Position numbers and translations under genes: made by a program. Below, in pieces: positions 49,118 to 59,392 of a DNA stretch of 64,000 bases. Each line of letters starts with the position of its first letter. Position 1 is the first letter of the stretch. Below the pieces are notes generated by a model. The model searched no databases and had not been told where the DNA came from. It saw only the letters and a program-made list of their open reading frames with translations. This DNA is from Cyanobacteria bacterium P01_A01_bin.123 (GTDB lineage Bacteria > Cyanobacteriota > Cyanobacteriia > Phormidesmidales > Phormidesmidaceae), in assembly GCA_039815185.1 (NCBI GenBank), contig JBCBZT010000015.1:74403-138402 (forward strand), read 5' to 3'.

Positions 49118-50338
49118 CTAAGGGGCACATTTTTCTACACCTAGCCGTTGTTCACAGATTGCTTTTTCTGACGGATCTAAGTCCTCCCAGGCGATGTCGC
49201 GCCGCACCACCATGCCGTTGTGACCCACCAAAAATCTCGGCAACTGCTCATTTTCAATCAACTGCAACGTCTGCATGTCGTAGGTGGTATAGGTGGTCAA
49301 CTCGGGCGTATCGAAGTTGATATCTACCAGGGTTAAGGCTTTCCACGGGGGCAAGCTGCTGTCAATTAACGGCCTTGGCCCCGATCCCAAAATGCCCGTG
49401 TGCAGAAGCTGTAAGTCTCCCCGATGGGCCGGATAGTAGGCATGGTGATGGCCGCTAATATACGTATGCACGTCATACTTTTCCAGCATGGCTCGCAACT
49501 GGTCAGGATTCGCCATTACCTCCGCCGGATCGTTGCGGCCGACCGCCACGGCATATAGCGGGAGATGCCCCAAGAGCACACGCATTTTCGCCTGCTGAGC
49601 CGCTTCACTGGCTAGCGCTTGCTCGATCCAGGCTAGTTTTTCGGCGGGAATTTTATCGGATGACCCATCCCAAGCTAAAAAGAAAATGTCTTCATGCTCA
49701 AAGGTGTAATAGAAGGGGAATTCATAGCGATCGACAAATTGAACACCAGGGTCGTGATCTGGGTTGTCCCAATAAGCTTTAGTGATGTCTCGTTCCGTTT
49801 GAAAGAGAAACTGTCCGTTTAGCCCCAATGCACCCGAGGCATCATGGTTGCCCACTGTAAATCCATAGGGCAACTCCATTTCCCGTAGGCGGGATGCGAC
49901 ATGCTGGTCGAAGCCGTCCCACATTTCTTGCATGCGTTGTTCGGTTAGGGTCAGGTCTTGTCCGGCCACCATATCCCCGCTACACACCACCATGTCGGGC
50001 TGCCAAAACGGGATTAAGGTCATGGCTTTGTCAATCTCTGGGTCGTAGTCGATGGAACCATAGGGGCCATTGAGATCGCTAATTACCATCAAGCGCACAT
50101 CGCCGTGGGGCGGTTCGTATAGGCCATCAGCGCCTAAGCTATCGATGATGGCTTGGGTTTCTGGGGGGAGCGGTGTAGGGGCTGGGGTTTCTTCCTGGAC
50201 GGCCGATGGCTCAGGGTCTATTTGCACTTGATCTGGGTTCGATTCAGGCACTGGGGATTGAGGTGCTTGCTGGGAGCAGGACAGACTAAAGCTGAGGATG
50301 AGTCCAGCCAGGAAGAGTAAAACGCGTCGCCAACCCAT
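49118..50338 (-). CDS. Metallophosphoesterase lipoprotein
   Basis: SDLN, GDMV, GNHD, GH.P, SGHHH; SLSC lipobox. Confidence 0.9.
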   Translation of the reverse strand: MGWRRVLLFLAGLILSFSLSCSQQAPQSPVPESNPDQVQIDPEPSAVQEETPAPTPLPPETQAIIDSLGADGLYEPPHGDVRLMVISDLNGPYGSIDYDPEIDKAMTLIPFWQPDMVVCSGDMVAGQDLTLTEQRMQEMWDGFDQHVASRLREMELPYGFTVGNHDASGALGLNGQFLFQTERDITKAYWDNPDHDPGVQFVDRYEFPFYYTFEHEDIFFLAWDGSSDKIPAEKLAWIEQALASEAAQQAKMRVLLGHLPLYAVAVGRNDPAEVMANPDQLRAMLEKYDVHTYISGHHHAYYPAHRGDLQLLHTGILGSGPRPLIDSSLPPWKALTLVDINFDTPELTTYTTYDMQTLQLIENEQLPRFLVGHNGMVVRRDIAWEDLDPSEKAICEQRLGVEKCAP

Positions 50339-50479
50339 AGCTCAGGTGCTCCAGGAAAACTACACAGATAACCATAGTGGATACTGCGCGATTTGTAGTG
50401 CAGTGCCCAGTGAAAATTCTTGACCCAGCCTGGATGATCAATCGTGGCGATCGCCTTTAGCCGGGGTTATGTTAAAGCA

Positions 50480-51265
50480 ATGATCGATAAAAACAAAGAA
50501 ATTTATACCACCGCCAGCGTTGTGTGGCACTATAAGCAACTCAGTCGGCTACAACCTGCTGAAAAGACAATTCTTGCGCGCTTCCAAGACCGATTGCCAA
50601 CTATGAAAATGTTAGATATTGGCATTGGAGGAGGGCGCACAACGCAACACTTCGCGCCACTGGCTGCAGAATATACGGGTATAGATTACTCTACTGAGAT
50701 GATTGCAGCGTGTCAGCAGAGGTTTTTACACGCTCGTCAGTGTATGTCCCTAGAAGTTGGTGATGCCAGAAATCTGAGTCAGTTTTCAGATGATGCCTTT
50801 GATTTTATTTTGTTCAGCTTTAATGGGATTGACTCCGTTTCCCATACTGATCGATTACAAGTTTTTCAAGAGATACAGCGAATCGGTAAACCTGGCAGTT
50901 ACTTTTTCTTTTCTAGCCATAATCTCCAAGGCATTGCTAGAGAGTTTGAGTATAAGCGGCAAATCAGTCTGAATCCGCTCAAAACCTATGCCAATCTTGT
51001 CATGTCAACACTGCTGAAGCTATTTAACGCGTCGATCACCCGCGATCAGCTTAGAACGGCTGATTATCTGATTCTCAAAGACGAAGCCCATAACTTTCGT
51101 CTCCAGACCTACTATATTCGACCCAAAGCGCAGATTAAACAATTAGCACCTCACTTCAATGATATTGAAATTTATTCGTGGAAGCGTGGCCTGAGAATCT
51201 TAGACCCCTGTGAGCTATCTGCCAATTCTGAAATGTGGCTTTATTATCTTTGTGTAATTGATTAA
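50480..51265 (+). CDS. Class I SAM-dependent methyltransferase
   Basis: LDIGIGGGR, GIDYS..M, GDAR, FDFI. Confidence 0.9.
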   Translation: MIDKNKEIYTTASVVWHYKQLSRLQPAEKTILARFQDRLPTMKMLDIGIGGGRTTQHFAPLAAEYTGIDYSTEMIAACQQRFLHARQCMSLEVGDARNLSQFSDDAFDFILFSFNGIDSVSHTDRLQVFQEIQRIGKPGSYFFFSSHNLQGIAREFEYKRQISLNPLKTYANLVMSTLLKLFNASITRDQLRTADYLILKDEAHNFRLQTYYIRPKAQIKQLAPHFNDIEIYSWKRGLRILDPCELSANSEMWLYYLCVID

Positions 51266-51289
51266 GGGACAATCCCTCACCCCACCAGC

Positions 51290-51331
51290 CTGCCTGACTT
51301 GGGCTGCCTGACTTGGCCTGCCTGGCTTGGG
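51290..51331. repeat. Three tandem 14-nt repeats
   Basis: CTGCCTGACTTGG(G/C) x3 between convergent genes. Confidence 0.75.
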
Positions 51332-51335
51332 AGAA

Positions 51336-51554
51336 TTAGCCTTGCAACTGTTGAAAAGCGAGCTGAATTGTAGCCTTGGCATAGCGATCATGATTGTCTT
51401 CAGCTTTATTGCGCTCATATTGCAGGGCCATTGTCGCCACTCCCGCCCAGATCAAGGTAATCCCTCCCCAGAGGGCAAGATCCTTTAAGGTTAGCTGCGA
51501 TAGCGATCGCAAGACTCTTTTGGGGATAGACCGCTTTTTTCTTCGATAGCTCAT
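51336..51554 (-). CDS. Small single-TM hypothetical protein
   Basis: Basic N-terminus MSYRRKKR, one TM, short C-terminal helix. Confidence 0.55.
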   Translation of the reverse strand: MSYRRKKRSIPKRVLRSLSQLTLKDLALWGGITLIWAGVATMALQYERNKAEDNHDRYAKATIQLAFQQLQG

Positions 51555-51707
51555 TGTGAATAGTGATGTCTCATAAGGGGCTTTGTGACTCATTTTGCGT
51601 ACCGAGCCATAGTCCCTCGGGACACCTGGGGCATCATTCACAGAACACTTATAGAACTGGGTGCTTCATGAAGGCGTTACAGATTGCCAAAAAGCTGCTC
51701 AACCATT

Positions 51708-51793
51708 AAATAACCCCGGCATTGTTGCCGGGGCGGTTTAGATAGAAGGATTATAGAGTTTTAAGTTTAAGGAGATGATGTTTCGCATCTGTT
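51708..51793 (-). ncRNA. Candidate small RNA
   Basis: TAGATT -10 box, 5' hairpin GATG-CGAAA-CATC, unpaired CU-rich ATCTCCTT stretch, CCCCGGCA/TGCCGGGG terminator. Confidence 0.45.
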
Positions 51794-52107
51794 GTTATTA
51801 ATCTACGGGATAGCTCGTAAATCCGGAATAAATCATCCATAAAGTTTGTGATAAGTCCCGAAAATACCTCATTGTTGTAGATCACTGAGTCCTTGGCCTA
51901 AGGGATGGGAAAAGCATTGCAGCCGTTTATCTAACCTTTCACGATGGGAAAATAGGTGACGTTTGTCACCTGCTAACTGTAAGCACATGTGGCTAACATA
52001 AGTTTTGGCAGGAACTTCAAGCCTTTAGGGATCCGCCAAACGCCACTGTCGAAGCTAACCCGGCCTGTCATTCGTTGTGTCTTTATAGATCGTTAGCATC
52101 TACTGCT

Positions 52108-53301
52108 ATGCAGCTTTTCCGGCGATGTCCCATCCGTTTTTCTTTGCGTATCCTGCATGTGTTGGCATGGGGTGTCTTGAGTTTATCAGCCGCTTGTTCG
52201 AGCTTTTCGAGGGCTCAGGGTGAGTCCACGCCTACCTCAGAAGCAACGATGCCAGTATCGACGGTGGTCGCTCTGGGTCGCCTTGCCCCAGAAGGCGAAG
52301 TCATCAAGCTCTCGGTGCCCAATGCAGCAGATAGCCGCGTCAACCAGATTTTGGTAGCAGAGGGAGATTACGTAGAAGCGGGCCAGGTGATTGCTGTATT
52401 GCAGGGGTTTGAGCGTCGGCAGCGGGATTTGGATGAAGCCCGGAAAACGGTTGAATTTTTCCAAGCCAAGCTCGATCAACTCAAGGCCGGGAGCGGCGGA
52501 GATGCGGAGGTCGCTGCCCAGGAAGCGACTGTTGCTCGTCTTCAGGCCCAGTTAAGGACTGAACAGCTAGAGCGGGAAGCGGCGATCGCCAGTGCAGAGG
52601 CCGAACTCCGACAGGCTCAACAAACCCACAGCCGCAATCTGGGCTTGTCAGAGGCTGGGGTGATTGCTCAGCAAGATCTAGATATTTCTCTGCAAACCCT
52701 GGAGACAGCCCAAGCGACTTTGGCTCAACGGCAAGCTCAACTGGCGAATACGGTGCAAACCGTTGAACAACAAATTGCCCAAGAGCGCAATAATCTGGTG
52801 CGGCTACGGGAGGTTCGCCCAGTCGATTTGCGGGTTGCCCAAGCTGAGCTAGATCGGGCGCAGATTGCGGTGGAACAACGCCGGGCAGATCTAGAAGATA
52901 CCCAGGTAAGGGTGCCGATTGCGGGACAAATTTTGCGCCTTAACACCCGCGTCGGAGAACAGGTCAATACTCAGGAGGGCATTGTCGAACTGGGTCGTAC
53001 TGAGCAAATGTATGCGATCGCAGAGGTGTATGAAACCGATATTACCCATGTGCGCGTGGGGCAAACGGCGACCATCACCAGCGAGTATGGTGGCTTTCAG
53101 GATGACGTCCGCGGCACGGTGGATCATGTCGGCTTACAGATTGGCAACCGTCAGCTCTCTGGCGGCTCCTCAGACCCCACCCAAGACGAGAACACCCGCG
53201 TTGTCGAAGTCAAAATCCGCATTACCCCTGAGGATAGCCAAAAGGTCACTAGCCTGACCAATATGCAAGTGCGCGTTGCGATTGATGTGTCTTCTCCATA
53301 G
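52108..53301 (+). CDS. devB: DevB-family (HlyD) membrane fusion protein
   Basis: VALGRLAPEGEVI, V.EGD.V.AGQ, coiled coil, AEVYETDI, RVVEVKI. Confidence 0.88.
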   Translation: MQLFRRCPIRFSLRILHVLAWGVLSLSAACSSFSRAQGESTPTSEATMPVSTVVALGRLAPEGEVIKLSVPNAADSRVNQILVAEGDYVEAGQVIAVLQGFERRQRDLDEARKTVEFFQAKLDQLKAGSGGDAEVAAQEATVARLQAQLRTEQLEREAAIASAEAELRQAQQTHSRNLGLSEAGVIAQQDLDISLQTLETAQATLAQRQAQLANTVQTVEQQIAQERNNLVRLREVRPVDLRVAQAELDRAQIAVEQRRADLEDTQVRVPIAGQILRLNTRVGEQVNTQEGIVELGRTEQMYAIAEVYETDITHVRVGQTATITSEYGGFQDDVRGTVDHVGLQIGNRQLSGGSSDPTQDENTRVVEVKIRITPEDSQKVTSLTNMQVRVAIDVSSP

Positions 53302-53304
53302 CCG

Positions 53305-54531
53305 ATGAAACTCCCGTTGCTTCAGCCCCTACTCGATCGCTTCCGTTACAACCGTCCCTTGGGATGGGCGCAACTGTCCCACCAAAAGACCCGCTTAATT
53401 GTGGCGCTGACCGGGGTGGCGTTTTCCAACATTCTCATCTTTACCCAGTTAGGCTTGCGGGCGCTGCTGTTTGAAGGCATTACCCTACTCCCAGAAGCCC
53501 TCGATGGTGACCTATTCATGATGTCGGCCTTCGCTCCGACCATTGACTTCGGTTCTTTCCCTCGGGTGTATCTCTATCAAGCTGATGCGGTTGAGGGCAT
53601 TGCTTTGGCCAGCCCAATTTATTTGAGTTCTGCCAATTGGGTCAATCCCCTAGACCTCGAAGCAACGGACGAACCGCAACCGGGGAGCGGTTTCAATTTA
53701 TTTGCCAATCGAGTCAAGATTGTGGCCTTCAACCCAGCCCAGCCCGTGATGGCTATTCCAGAGATTAACCAACAACTCAGCCGCCTAAATGAACCTGATG
53801 CCGTGCTCTACGATCGCCTTTCTCAAGACAAGTTAGGCCCCGTTGCGGATCTGCTTGACCAACGGGGTGAAGTGCTGAGCGTCATGAACAACCGGCGCGT
53901 CCGGGTGGTGGGGCTGTTTAACTTAGGCAGTACGTTATTTGACAATGCCCATATTGTCATGAGTGACTGGAACTATGCCCGTCGTAACGGGTTAGCCAGC
54001 CTAGATAACGTCAGCGTTGCCAGTTTGCGTTTGGAACCCGGTGCCGATATTGAAGCCGTGCGATCGCGCCTACAAGCTCAGCTCCCTGAAGATCTGAAAG
54101 TCCTGACCAAAACAGAATTAGTCACCCTTGAGCAAAATTTCCAAGAGTCCTTTCCTAACGGCAAAGTGCTCAACTTTGGGGCAGCCATGGGTTTCGTCGT
54201 TGGCGTGGTGATTGTCTACCAGGTCCTCTACACCGACGTCAGCGAGCACTTGCCTGAATACGCCACCCTCAAAGCCATGGGCTATTCCGACACAGCACTG
54301 CTCGGGGTGGTACTGCAAGAGGCTCTGATTCTGGCTGTCTTAGGCTTTATCCCCGGCTACTTTGCCTCCTACGGCGTTTATGGTTTACTCACTTGGCTGA
54401 CCCGCATCCCCCTAACTATGAAAGCCCACGTTGTGCTCCAGGTGTTTCTCCTGACCCTAGTGATGTGTATTCTCTCCAGTGCGATCGCGATGAATAAGTT
54501 ACGGTCAGCAGACCCAGCCGACGTTTTCTAA
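53305..54531 (+). CDS. devC: DevC-family ABC permease
   Basis: PLGWAQL, YQVLYTDV.EHL.EYATLKAMGY, ADPADVF. Confidence 0.92.
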   Translation: MKLPLLQPLLDRFRYNRPLGWAQLSHQKTRLIVALTGVAFSNILIFTQLGLRALLFEGITLLPEALDGDLFMMSAFAPTIDFGSFPRVYLYQADAVEGIALASPIYLSSANWVNPLDLEATDEPQPGSGFNLFANRVKIVAFNPAQPVMAIPEINQQLSRLNEPDAVLYDRLSQDKLGPVADLLDQRGEVLSVMNNRRVRVVGLFNLGSTLFDNAHIVMSDWNYARRNGLASLDNVSVASLRLEPGADIEAVRSRLQAQLPEDLKVLTKTELVTLEQNFQESFPNGKVLNFGAAMGFVVGVVIVYQVLYTDVSEHLPEYATLKAMGYSDTALLGVVLQEALILAVLGFIPGYFASYGVYGLLTWLTRIPLTMKAHVVLQVFLLTLVMCILSSAIAMNKLRSADPADVF

Positions 54532-54548
54532 TCTCTCCTGATCTCGCC

Positions 54549-55232
54549 ATGCCCTCCATCGTCTCCATCCGCAACCTGATCCATAGCTTTGGCAAAGGCG
54601 CATTGCAGCGACAAGTGCTGCATGATGTGAGTCTAGATCTGTATCCCGGTGAGGTGGTGATTCTGGAAGGGCCATCGGGGGGTGGCAAGACGACCCTACT
54701 CACGTTGATTGGGGCGCTGCGTTCTGTGCAAACGGGCAGTCTGAAGATTCTAGAGCAAGAGCTAAACGGCGCATCTAAAAGTCGACAAATCCAAATCCGT
54801 AACCAGATTGGCTTTATTTTTCAGGCCCATAATTTGCTGGCTTGTTTAAAGGCTTGGGAAAATGTCAGCACCTCGCTCAAGCTCCATCGCCAGATCTCAG
54901 CTCGCGACTATCGCAGACGCGCCGTAGAAATTTTGAACTCGGTTGGCTTGGCAGACCAGGTGGACAAGTATCCCGAAAACTTATCGGGTGGGCAAAAGCA
55001 ACGGGTGGCGATCGCCCGCGCATTAGTCAGCTATCCAAAACTGGTCCTTGCTGATGAACCCACCTCTTCTCTCGATAGCAAAACCGGACGTGATGTGGTT
55101 GAAATTATGCAGAGTCTCGCGCGTGAAGAGGGGTGTACCGTACTGCTCGTGACCCACGACAACCGTATTCTAGACATCGCCGATCGCATCCTCCATATGG
55201 AAGATGGTCGATTAACCGAAGTCGCACCTTAA
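54549..55232 (+). CDS. devA: DevA-family ABC ATPase
   Basis: GPSGGGKTTLLTLIGALRS, LSGGQKQR, VTHDNRI. Confidence 0.92.
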   Translation: MPSIVSIRNLIHSFGKGALQRQVLHDVSLDLYPGEVVILEGPSGGGKTTLLTLIGALRSVQTGSLKILEQELNGASKSRQIQIRNQIGFIFQAHNLLACLKAWENVSTSLKLHRQISARDYRRRAVEILNSVGLADQVDKYPENLSGGQKQRVAIARALVSYPKLVLADEPTSSLDSKTGRDVVEIMQSLAREEGCTVLLVTHDNRILDIADRILHMEDGRLTEVAP

Positions 55233-55433
55233 CTGTCGTTCAATAAAATGCCAACCAAGATTTGTATTAGCTCCCCTAAATCATCAGGAATGGCATCAAT
55301 TTTCACGCCAAATCATATGTCGAATTGCAACATTTCTGTCAAAAACGACACTAGTATTAAGTCGAGATAGGCTTGAATGGGCAAAGCTAGTTAATCTGAT
55401 CTGACAAACTGATCTGACAAAGGACTTAACCCA

Positions 55434-55784
55434 GTGACCAGTCAAAGGACTACCTCAAAGCAGTATCCCCTATTGCTAACCACCCTGGAGGGTGTACCCG
55501 GCAAAACGATTGTTGAACACTACGGCCTAGTACAGGGCAGCACAGTGCGGGCTAAAAACGTCGGGCGAGACATTGCCGCTGGCTTTAAGAACCTGGTAGG
55601 GGGCGAACTCAAAGGCTATACCGAACTCCTGCAAGAAGCTCGACAAGAAGCTATGGATCGGATGGCACGGCAGGCAATTCAATTGGGGGCCAATGCCGTC
55701 GTCAATATTCGTTTTGCCACCTCTTCTGTAGCGCAGGGCGCAGCCGAGCTATTTGCCTATGGGACAGCGGTCAAAGTGCAGTAA
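55434..55784 (+). CDS. YbjQ/UPF0145 family protein
   Basis: GLV.G.TVRAK..GRD..AG.KN.VGGEL.GY, GANAV, AYGTAV. Confidence 0.92.
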   Translation: MTSQRTTSKQYPLLLTTLEGVPGKTIVEHYGLVQGSTVRAKNVGRDIAAGFKNLVGGELKGYTELLQEARQEAMDRMARQAIQLGANAVVNIRFATSSVAQGAAELFAYGTAVKVQ

Positions 55785-55795
55785 GGGAGCTACTC

Positions 55796-56257
55796 ATGTT
55801 TGAACTTTTGTTTATCCTGGCGCTATTGATTCTTGGTTTTGTCGTCGGGGGTGCCATTGAACGTCGCCACTACACTGAGATCCGCCAGCGTGAAAAGTTG
55901 ACCCTGCACTTGCCCATGATGAATTTGGGGTGCCACCAACCCCTGCCTGAGGCCCAAGCCTCAGAAATGTTTGTGGGTAGCGTGGTGGTCTCCACAGACT
56001 ATTTCAAAACCTTTATTGCTGGACTCGGAAATCTGGTGGGGGGCAATCTGGTTACCTACGAAAGTCTGATTGACCGGGGCCGCCGAGAAGCAATTTTGCG
56101 GATGAAGGAACAAGCGATCGCCTGGGGTGCGACTCAACTGATCAACGTGCGATTTGAAACGGCTAATATCGGCGGACAATCGTCTAGCAATGGGCTGGTT
56201 GCCATTGAGGTCATGGCCTACGGCACGGCTATTCGCGAGTCGGCAAATTCACAATGA
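55796..56257 (+). CDS. YbjQ-like protein with N-terminal TM
   Basis: VGSVVVSTDYFK, DRGRREAILRMK, AYGTA. Confidence 0.85.
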   Translation: MFELLFILALLILGFVVGGAIERRHYTEIRQREKLTLHLPMMNLGCHQPLPEAQASEMFVGSVVVSTDYFKTFIAGLGNLVGGNLVTYESLIDRGRREAILRMKEQAIAWGATQLINVRFETANIGGQSSSNGLVAIEVMAYGTAIRESANSQ

Positions 56258-57204
56258 AATATGTCCCCAAAGCGATTGTTGAAGAAGTCAATGTCACCCC
56301 TACCAATCATCTGGTTGAACTCGGGCGACTGTTGGGAATGGTGGTGGGGATAAGCATCGTAATTTACATTGCCTTGGGGTTCACTGCAGATTGGTTAGTG
56401 ACGCGCCTCAGCCCTGAGTTAGAGCAGCAGATTGGTCAAGCCTTGATCCCGACAACCGCTCTAACCAGCGTCAACAGCGACCCGCGCCTTGCCTATGTTG
56501 AAGATTTGCTCAACCAGCTCAAAGCCCAAGATCCTAGTCTGGTCGACTATCCATCGTTGCCCACACAGCTTTTTGAAACGCCCATCCCCAACGCGGGTAT
56601 CGTCCCAGGCGGGACAGTTTTGGTCAGCCAGGGATTGCTGAATACGGTTGCAACCGAAAATGAGCTGGCCTTTGTCTTGGCCCATGAACTTGGCCATTTC
56701 CAAGCTCGCGATGCGCTAAAGCGCTTGGGACGGAGTTTAGTCTTTGTCACGCTGGCCTCTGTGTTGGGGTTGGGCAACAGTGGTGGTCCCGAGTTAGTTG
56801 GGTTGGCGGGCAATTTAACGGAGCTGCGCTACAGTCGTGGCCAAGAACGGGACGCTGATATCTACGCCATAAATTTGATGGTCGAACGCTATGGCCACGG
56901 CGGCTATAGCCTAGATTTTTTTCGCAACATCCAGGAACTAGAAGCAGACTTGCCCCTGGGACAAGGGCCGGAAGTGTTCTCTACCCATCCCCTGACGCCC
57001 AAGCGCATTGCAGACCTGGAAGCATATAGTCAAGCCCAGGGCTGGTCTCTAGAAGGGCCTTCCACCCCTCTACCGGAAACGTTTACGGGGGATCTGAGTG
57101 GGGTTGACCTAGAAATGCAGCAGGCGATCGCGGGGCATGAGGGTTACCAAATGATTTCCACAAGCTGCCATTGCGCTAACACATTGCGTGGAGGCATGTC
57201 GTAA
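56254..57204 (+). CDS. M48 family metallopeptidase
   Basis: NA...PGG, VLAHELGH, YSR.QERDAD, STHP. Confidence 0.92.
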   Translation: MKYVPKAIVEEVNVTPTNHLVELGRLLGMVVGISIVIYIALGFTADWLVTRLSPELEQQIGQALIPTTALTSVNSDPRLAYVEDLLNQLKAQDPSLVDYPSLPTQLFETPIPNAGIVPGGTVLVSQGLLNTVATENELAFVLAHELGHFQARDALKRLGRSLVFVTLASVLGLGNSGGPELVGLAGNLTELRYSRGQERDADIYAINLMVERYGHGGYSLDFFRNIQELEADLPLGQGPEVFSTHPLTPKRIADLEAYSQAQGWSLEGPSTPLPETFTGDLSGVDLEMQQAIAGHEGYQMISTSCHCANTLRGGMS

Positions 57205-57905
57205 TAGAACGGATCCGAGGGGCGTTTATCAAAGCGATAGCGTACCTGATCAGAGCCACGGGCAAAACAGATCAGCGATCCGGTCCACCCTTCTTCACCC
57301 ATGAAGCAATCGTCTAAGGAGAGTTGGGGACTAAACTCAGCAAAAGGTGTGCCTACATTAGACCCCAAACTGTTCTGAACACGAGAACTTTCGACGGTGA
57401 CTGTTATGAACTCGTTGATGGTCAGGAGTTTTTCATAACCGTCGTAAACCTCAAGGATTTCGTAGGGTTCACCTTCAGCTAAGGCTGTCGCTTGAGTCAC
57501 TGTATAGTTGGGTAACAACGCTTGGATTGATTCCTGATCAAATGGTGTTGTGGCGGTAATCGGCCCGACAGCATCGAGGCCAAGCACAAAGTCGGTTTGG
57601 GGTGCTGGTAGCGGCACAATTGCTTCAGTAACATGGGCAGTGCGGCTTCCCCGGTTAAAGAGACAGAGCTGGGCTGGGGCCACCCCTCTAGAATCTTGCA
57701 GCAGTAGGGCGTCGTAGCCAATGTCATCTCCAAATCGAATGATCTCACCCGCAACTTCGGGAGTGGCTAAAGAACTAATGGCTAAACAGCTTTCAATAAC
57801 TTCCTGGTTGTGCTCGGCCCAGGCTTCAGGGTTGGAGGCTGTGGCAGGGACAGTCAGCAGCGTGCTGCTGGTAAGAATCATGAATAGTCGAGTCAGTTGC
57901 CCCAT
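57144..57905 (-). CDS. Secreted hypothetical protein, C-terminal part DUF1131-like
   Basis: GAGG RBS, signal peptide, VGPITATTPF, Cys pairs, ends QWQLVEIIW. Confidence 0.55.
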   Translation of the reverse strand: MGQLTRLFMILTSSTLLTVPATASNPEAWAEHNQEVIESCLAISSLATPEVAGEIIRFGDDIGYDALLLQDSRGVAPAQLCLFNRGSRTAHVTEAIVPLPAPQTDFVLGLDAVGPITATTPFDQESIQALLPNYTVTQATALAEGEPYEILEVYDGYEKLLTINEFITVTVESSRVQNSLGSNVGTPFAEFSPQLSLDDCFMGEEGWTGSLICFARGSDQVRYRFDKRPSDPFYYDMPPRNVLAQWQLVEIIW

Positions 57906-58038
57906 AGTTTGAACCTCGCAACGAAAAAATAGCGGTTGAAAATCCTTCATACATTGGATCTTCAACCGCTGAGATTTGATTTCAGATGCGATCGCACAAT
58001 TCATAAGAAACGCGATCGCACCCTTCCATAAAAATGGC

Positions 58039-58707
58039 TTACGCACTCTGGCTTTGCTTGAGCTTGCGAGTGGAACCCGCTCCCAAAGCAGCAATGCCTA
58101 AAAGCGCGATCGCGGTGCCCGGTTCGGGAACATCTGCTGCAACTGAGGTCACTGGATTGTTGATGGTGCCGTTATCGGTATCTGCAATGAACTTCATTGT
58201 GCCAGTAAACCCAGCATCCCAGCTCATTGAAAGCGTACCCCAGAGATCGCCAGTAGAGATATCAATCGGATTAGAATAGTCCCATGCATCTGGGCCAGTT
58301 CCAGAAGTTACCTCAAACGCCCACCCCCCAGCAGAACCAGGCGTACTAATCCCATTGCCATCATCAAAAACCGTGTTTCCAGGAACTGCGTCAATCGTCA
58401 ACGAGGAAATCCCAAGGGAATTGTTGGCGTTGAATGTCCACGAATTACCAAACGTTGTTGAGTTCGAAAATGTCAAACCCCAGTCCGTTCCGAAGGCACC
58501 GCCCGTGTTCGTGCCCGTTGTGCCCCAGATTGCTTCCTGGGATGTGCCATTGAGAAACTCGACTAAGATTCGCATCCCATCCATATCGTCTCCGCCAGTG
58601 GTATAGCCATTCAGAACGGTCTGAGCCTGAACGGGGGCGGCAAGGGCAACTGCGCCTGCTGCGGCGATTGCAATCGAACAGCTTTTGATGAAAGTTGACT
58701 GATTCAT
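58039..58707 (-). CDS. PEP-CTERM sorting domain protein
   Basis: Signal peptide, G/T/S/D-rich body, VPEP + TM + basic tail. Confidence 0.92.
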   Translation of the reverse strand: MNQSTFIKSCSIAIAAAGAVALAAPVQAQTVLNGYTTGGDDMDGMRILVEFLNGTSQEAIWGTTGTNTGGAFGTDWGLTFSNSTTFGNSWTFNANNSLGISSLTIDAVPGNTVFDDGNGISTPGSAGGWAFEVTSGTGPDAWDYSNPIDISTGDLWGTLSMSWDAGFTGTMKFIADTDNGTINNPVTSVAADVPEPGTAIALLGIAALGAGSTRKLKQSQSA

Positions 58708-59392
58708 GACTGTGGTGCTCCAAGTTAATATTTTTTGTGGGGAAAATGAGGGATTCTGTGTCGGATGAGATGCAGATTTCCGCTTTTGATAGATGCTTTT
58801 CTTGAATGCCGCTGAGTAAACTTCTAGCGGTCACATATGTCTTGATTTTGTATTCCCTAGTAGCGCATGAGAATATCTCTGGAACGATTTTTCCCGACTC
58901 GTCATAGAGGAGCCTTTTGTCTTTAGAAGAGCTTGAAACTCGTCGTGAAAATCAAATCTGCAAGGGCAAAAATTCAGTAAAAAATCGTAGAGAAAATACT
59001 ATCAAAAACCTATCGAGGCCAGGCATCAGTAAAAACCAGCAGATTGTAGCTGCTGCTAGCAATGGGCAAAAAATAGAGATAAGTAGAAGTCAGTAGAGTA
59101 GGCTTGTTCTGATTGGAAATGTTGAGTAACCAAAATTCAGCGGCATAGCTCGATCAGTGCTTGCCCTATCTAGAATTTAGGGGAAGTACACTAATTTAAG
59201 CGTCAAAAATCTTGAAAAATCTCTCGTTAATTTTACTGATAGTAATGTTGCCGACAGCATAATCTCACTGTTTCTGAACAATCGATTTGTATTTATATCA
59301 GCGTCTATATTAAACCTCATTTGTATCCAGTCTATGGCTTTTCCTTCAGCTAACCCTTTGCGGTTTTAAATCAAGTGGGGTTGGTTTATTAG

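Noticed and set aside
51290..51331. Possible CRISPR-like repeat
   Set aside because: No spacers; ordinary short tandem repeat. Two-copy repeats near 45745 and 55396 are likewise trivial
58970..59240. Recurring (A/C)GT-N6-AC(T/G)-like words upstream of the PEP-CTERM gene and in 61400-62500
   Set aside because: Too degenerate in AT-rich DNA to support without motif statistics
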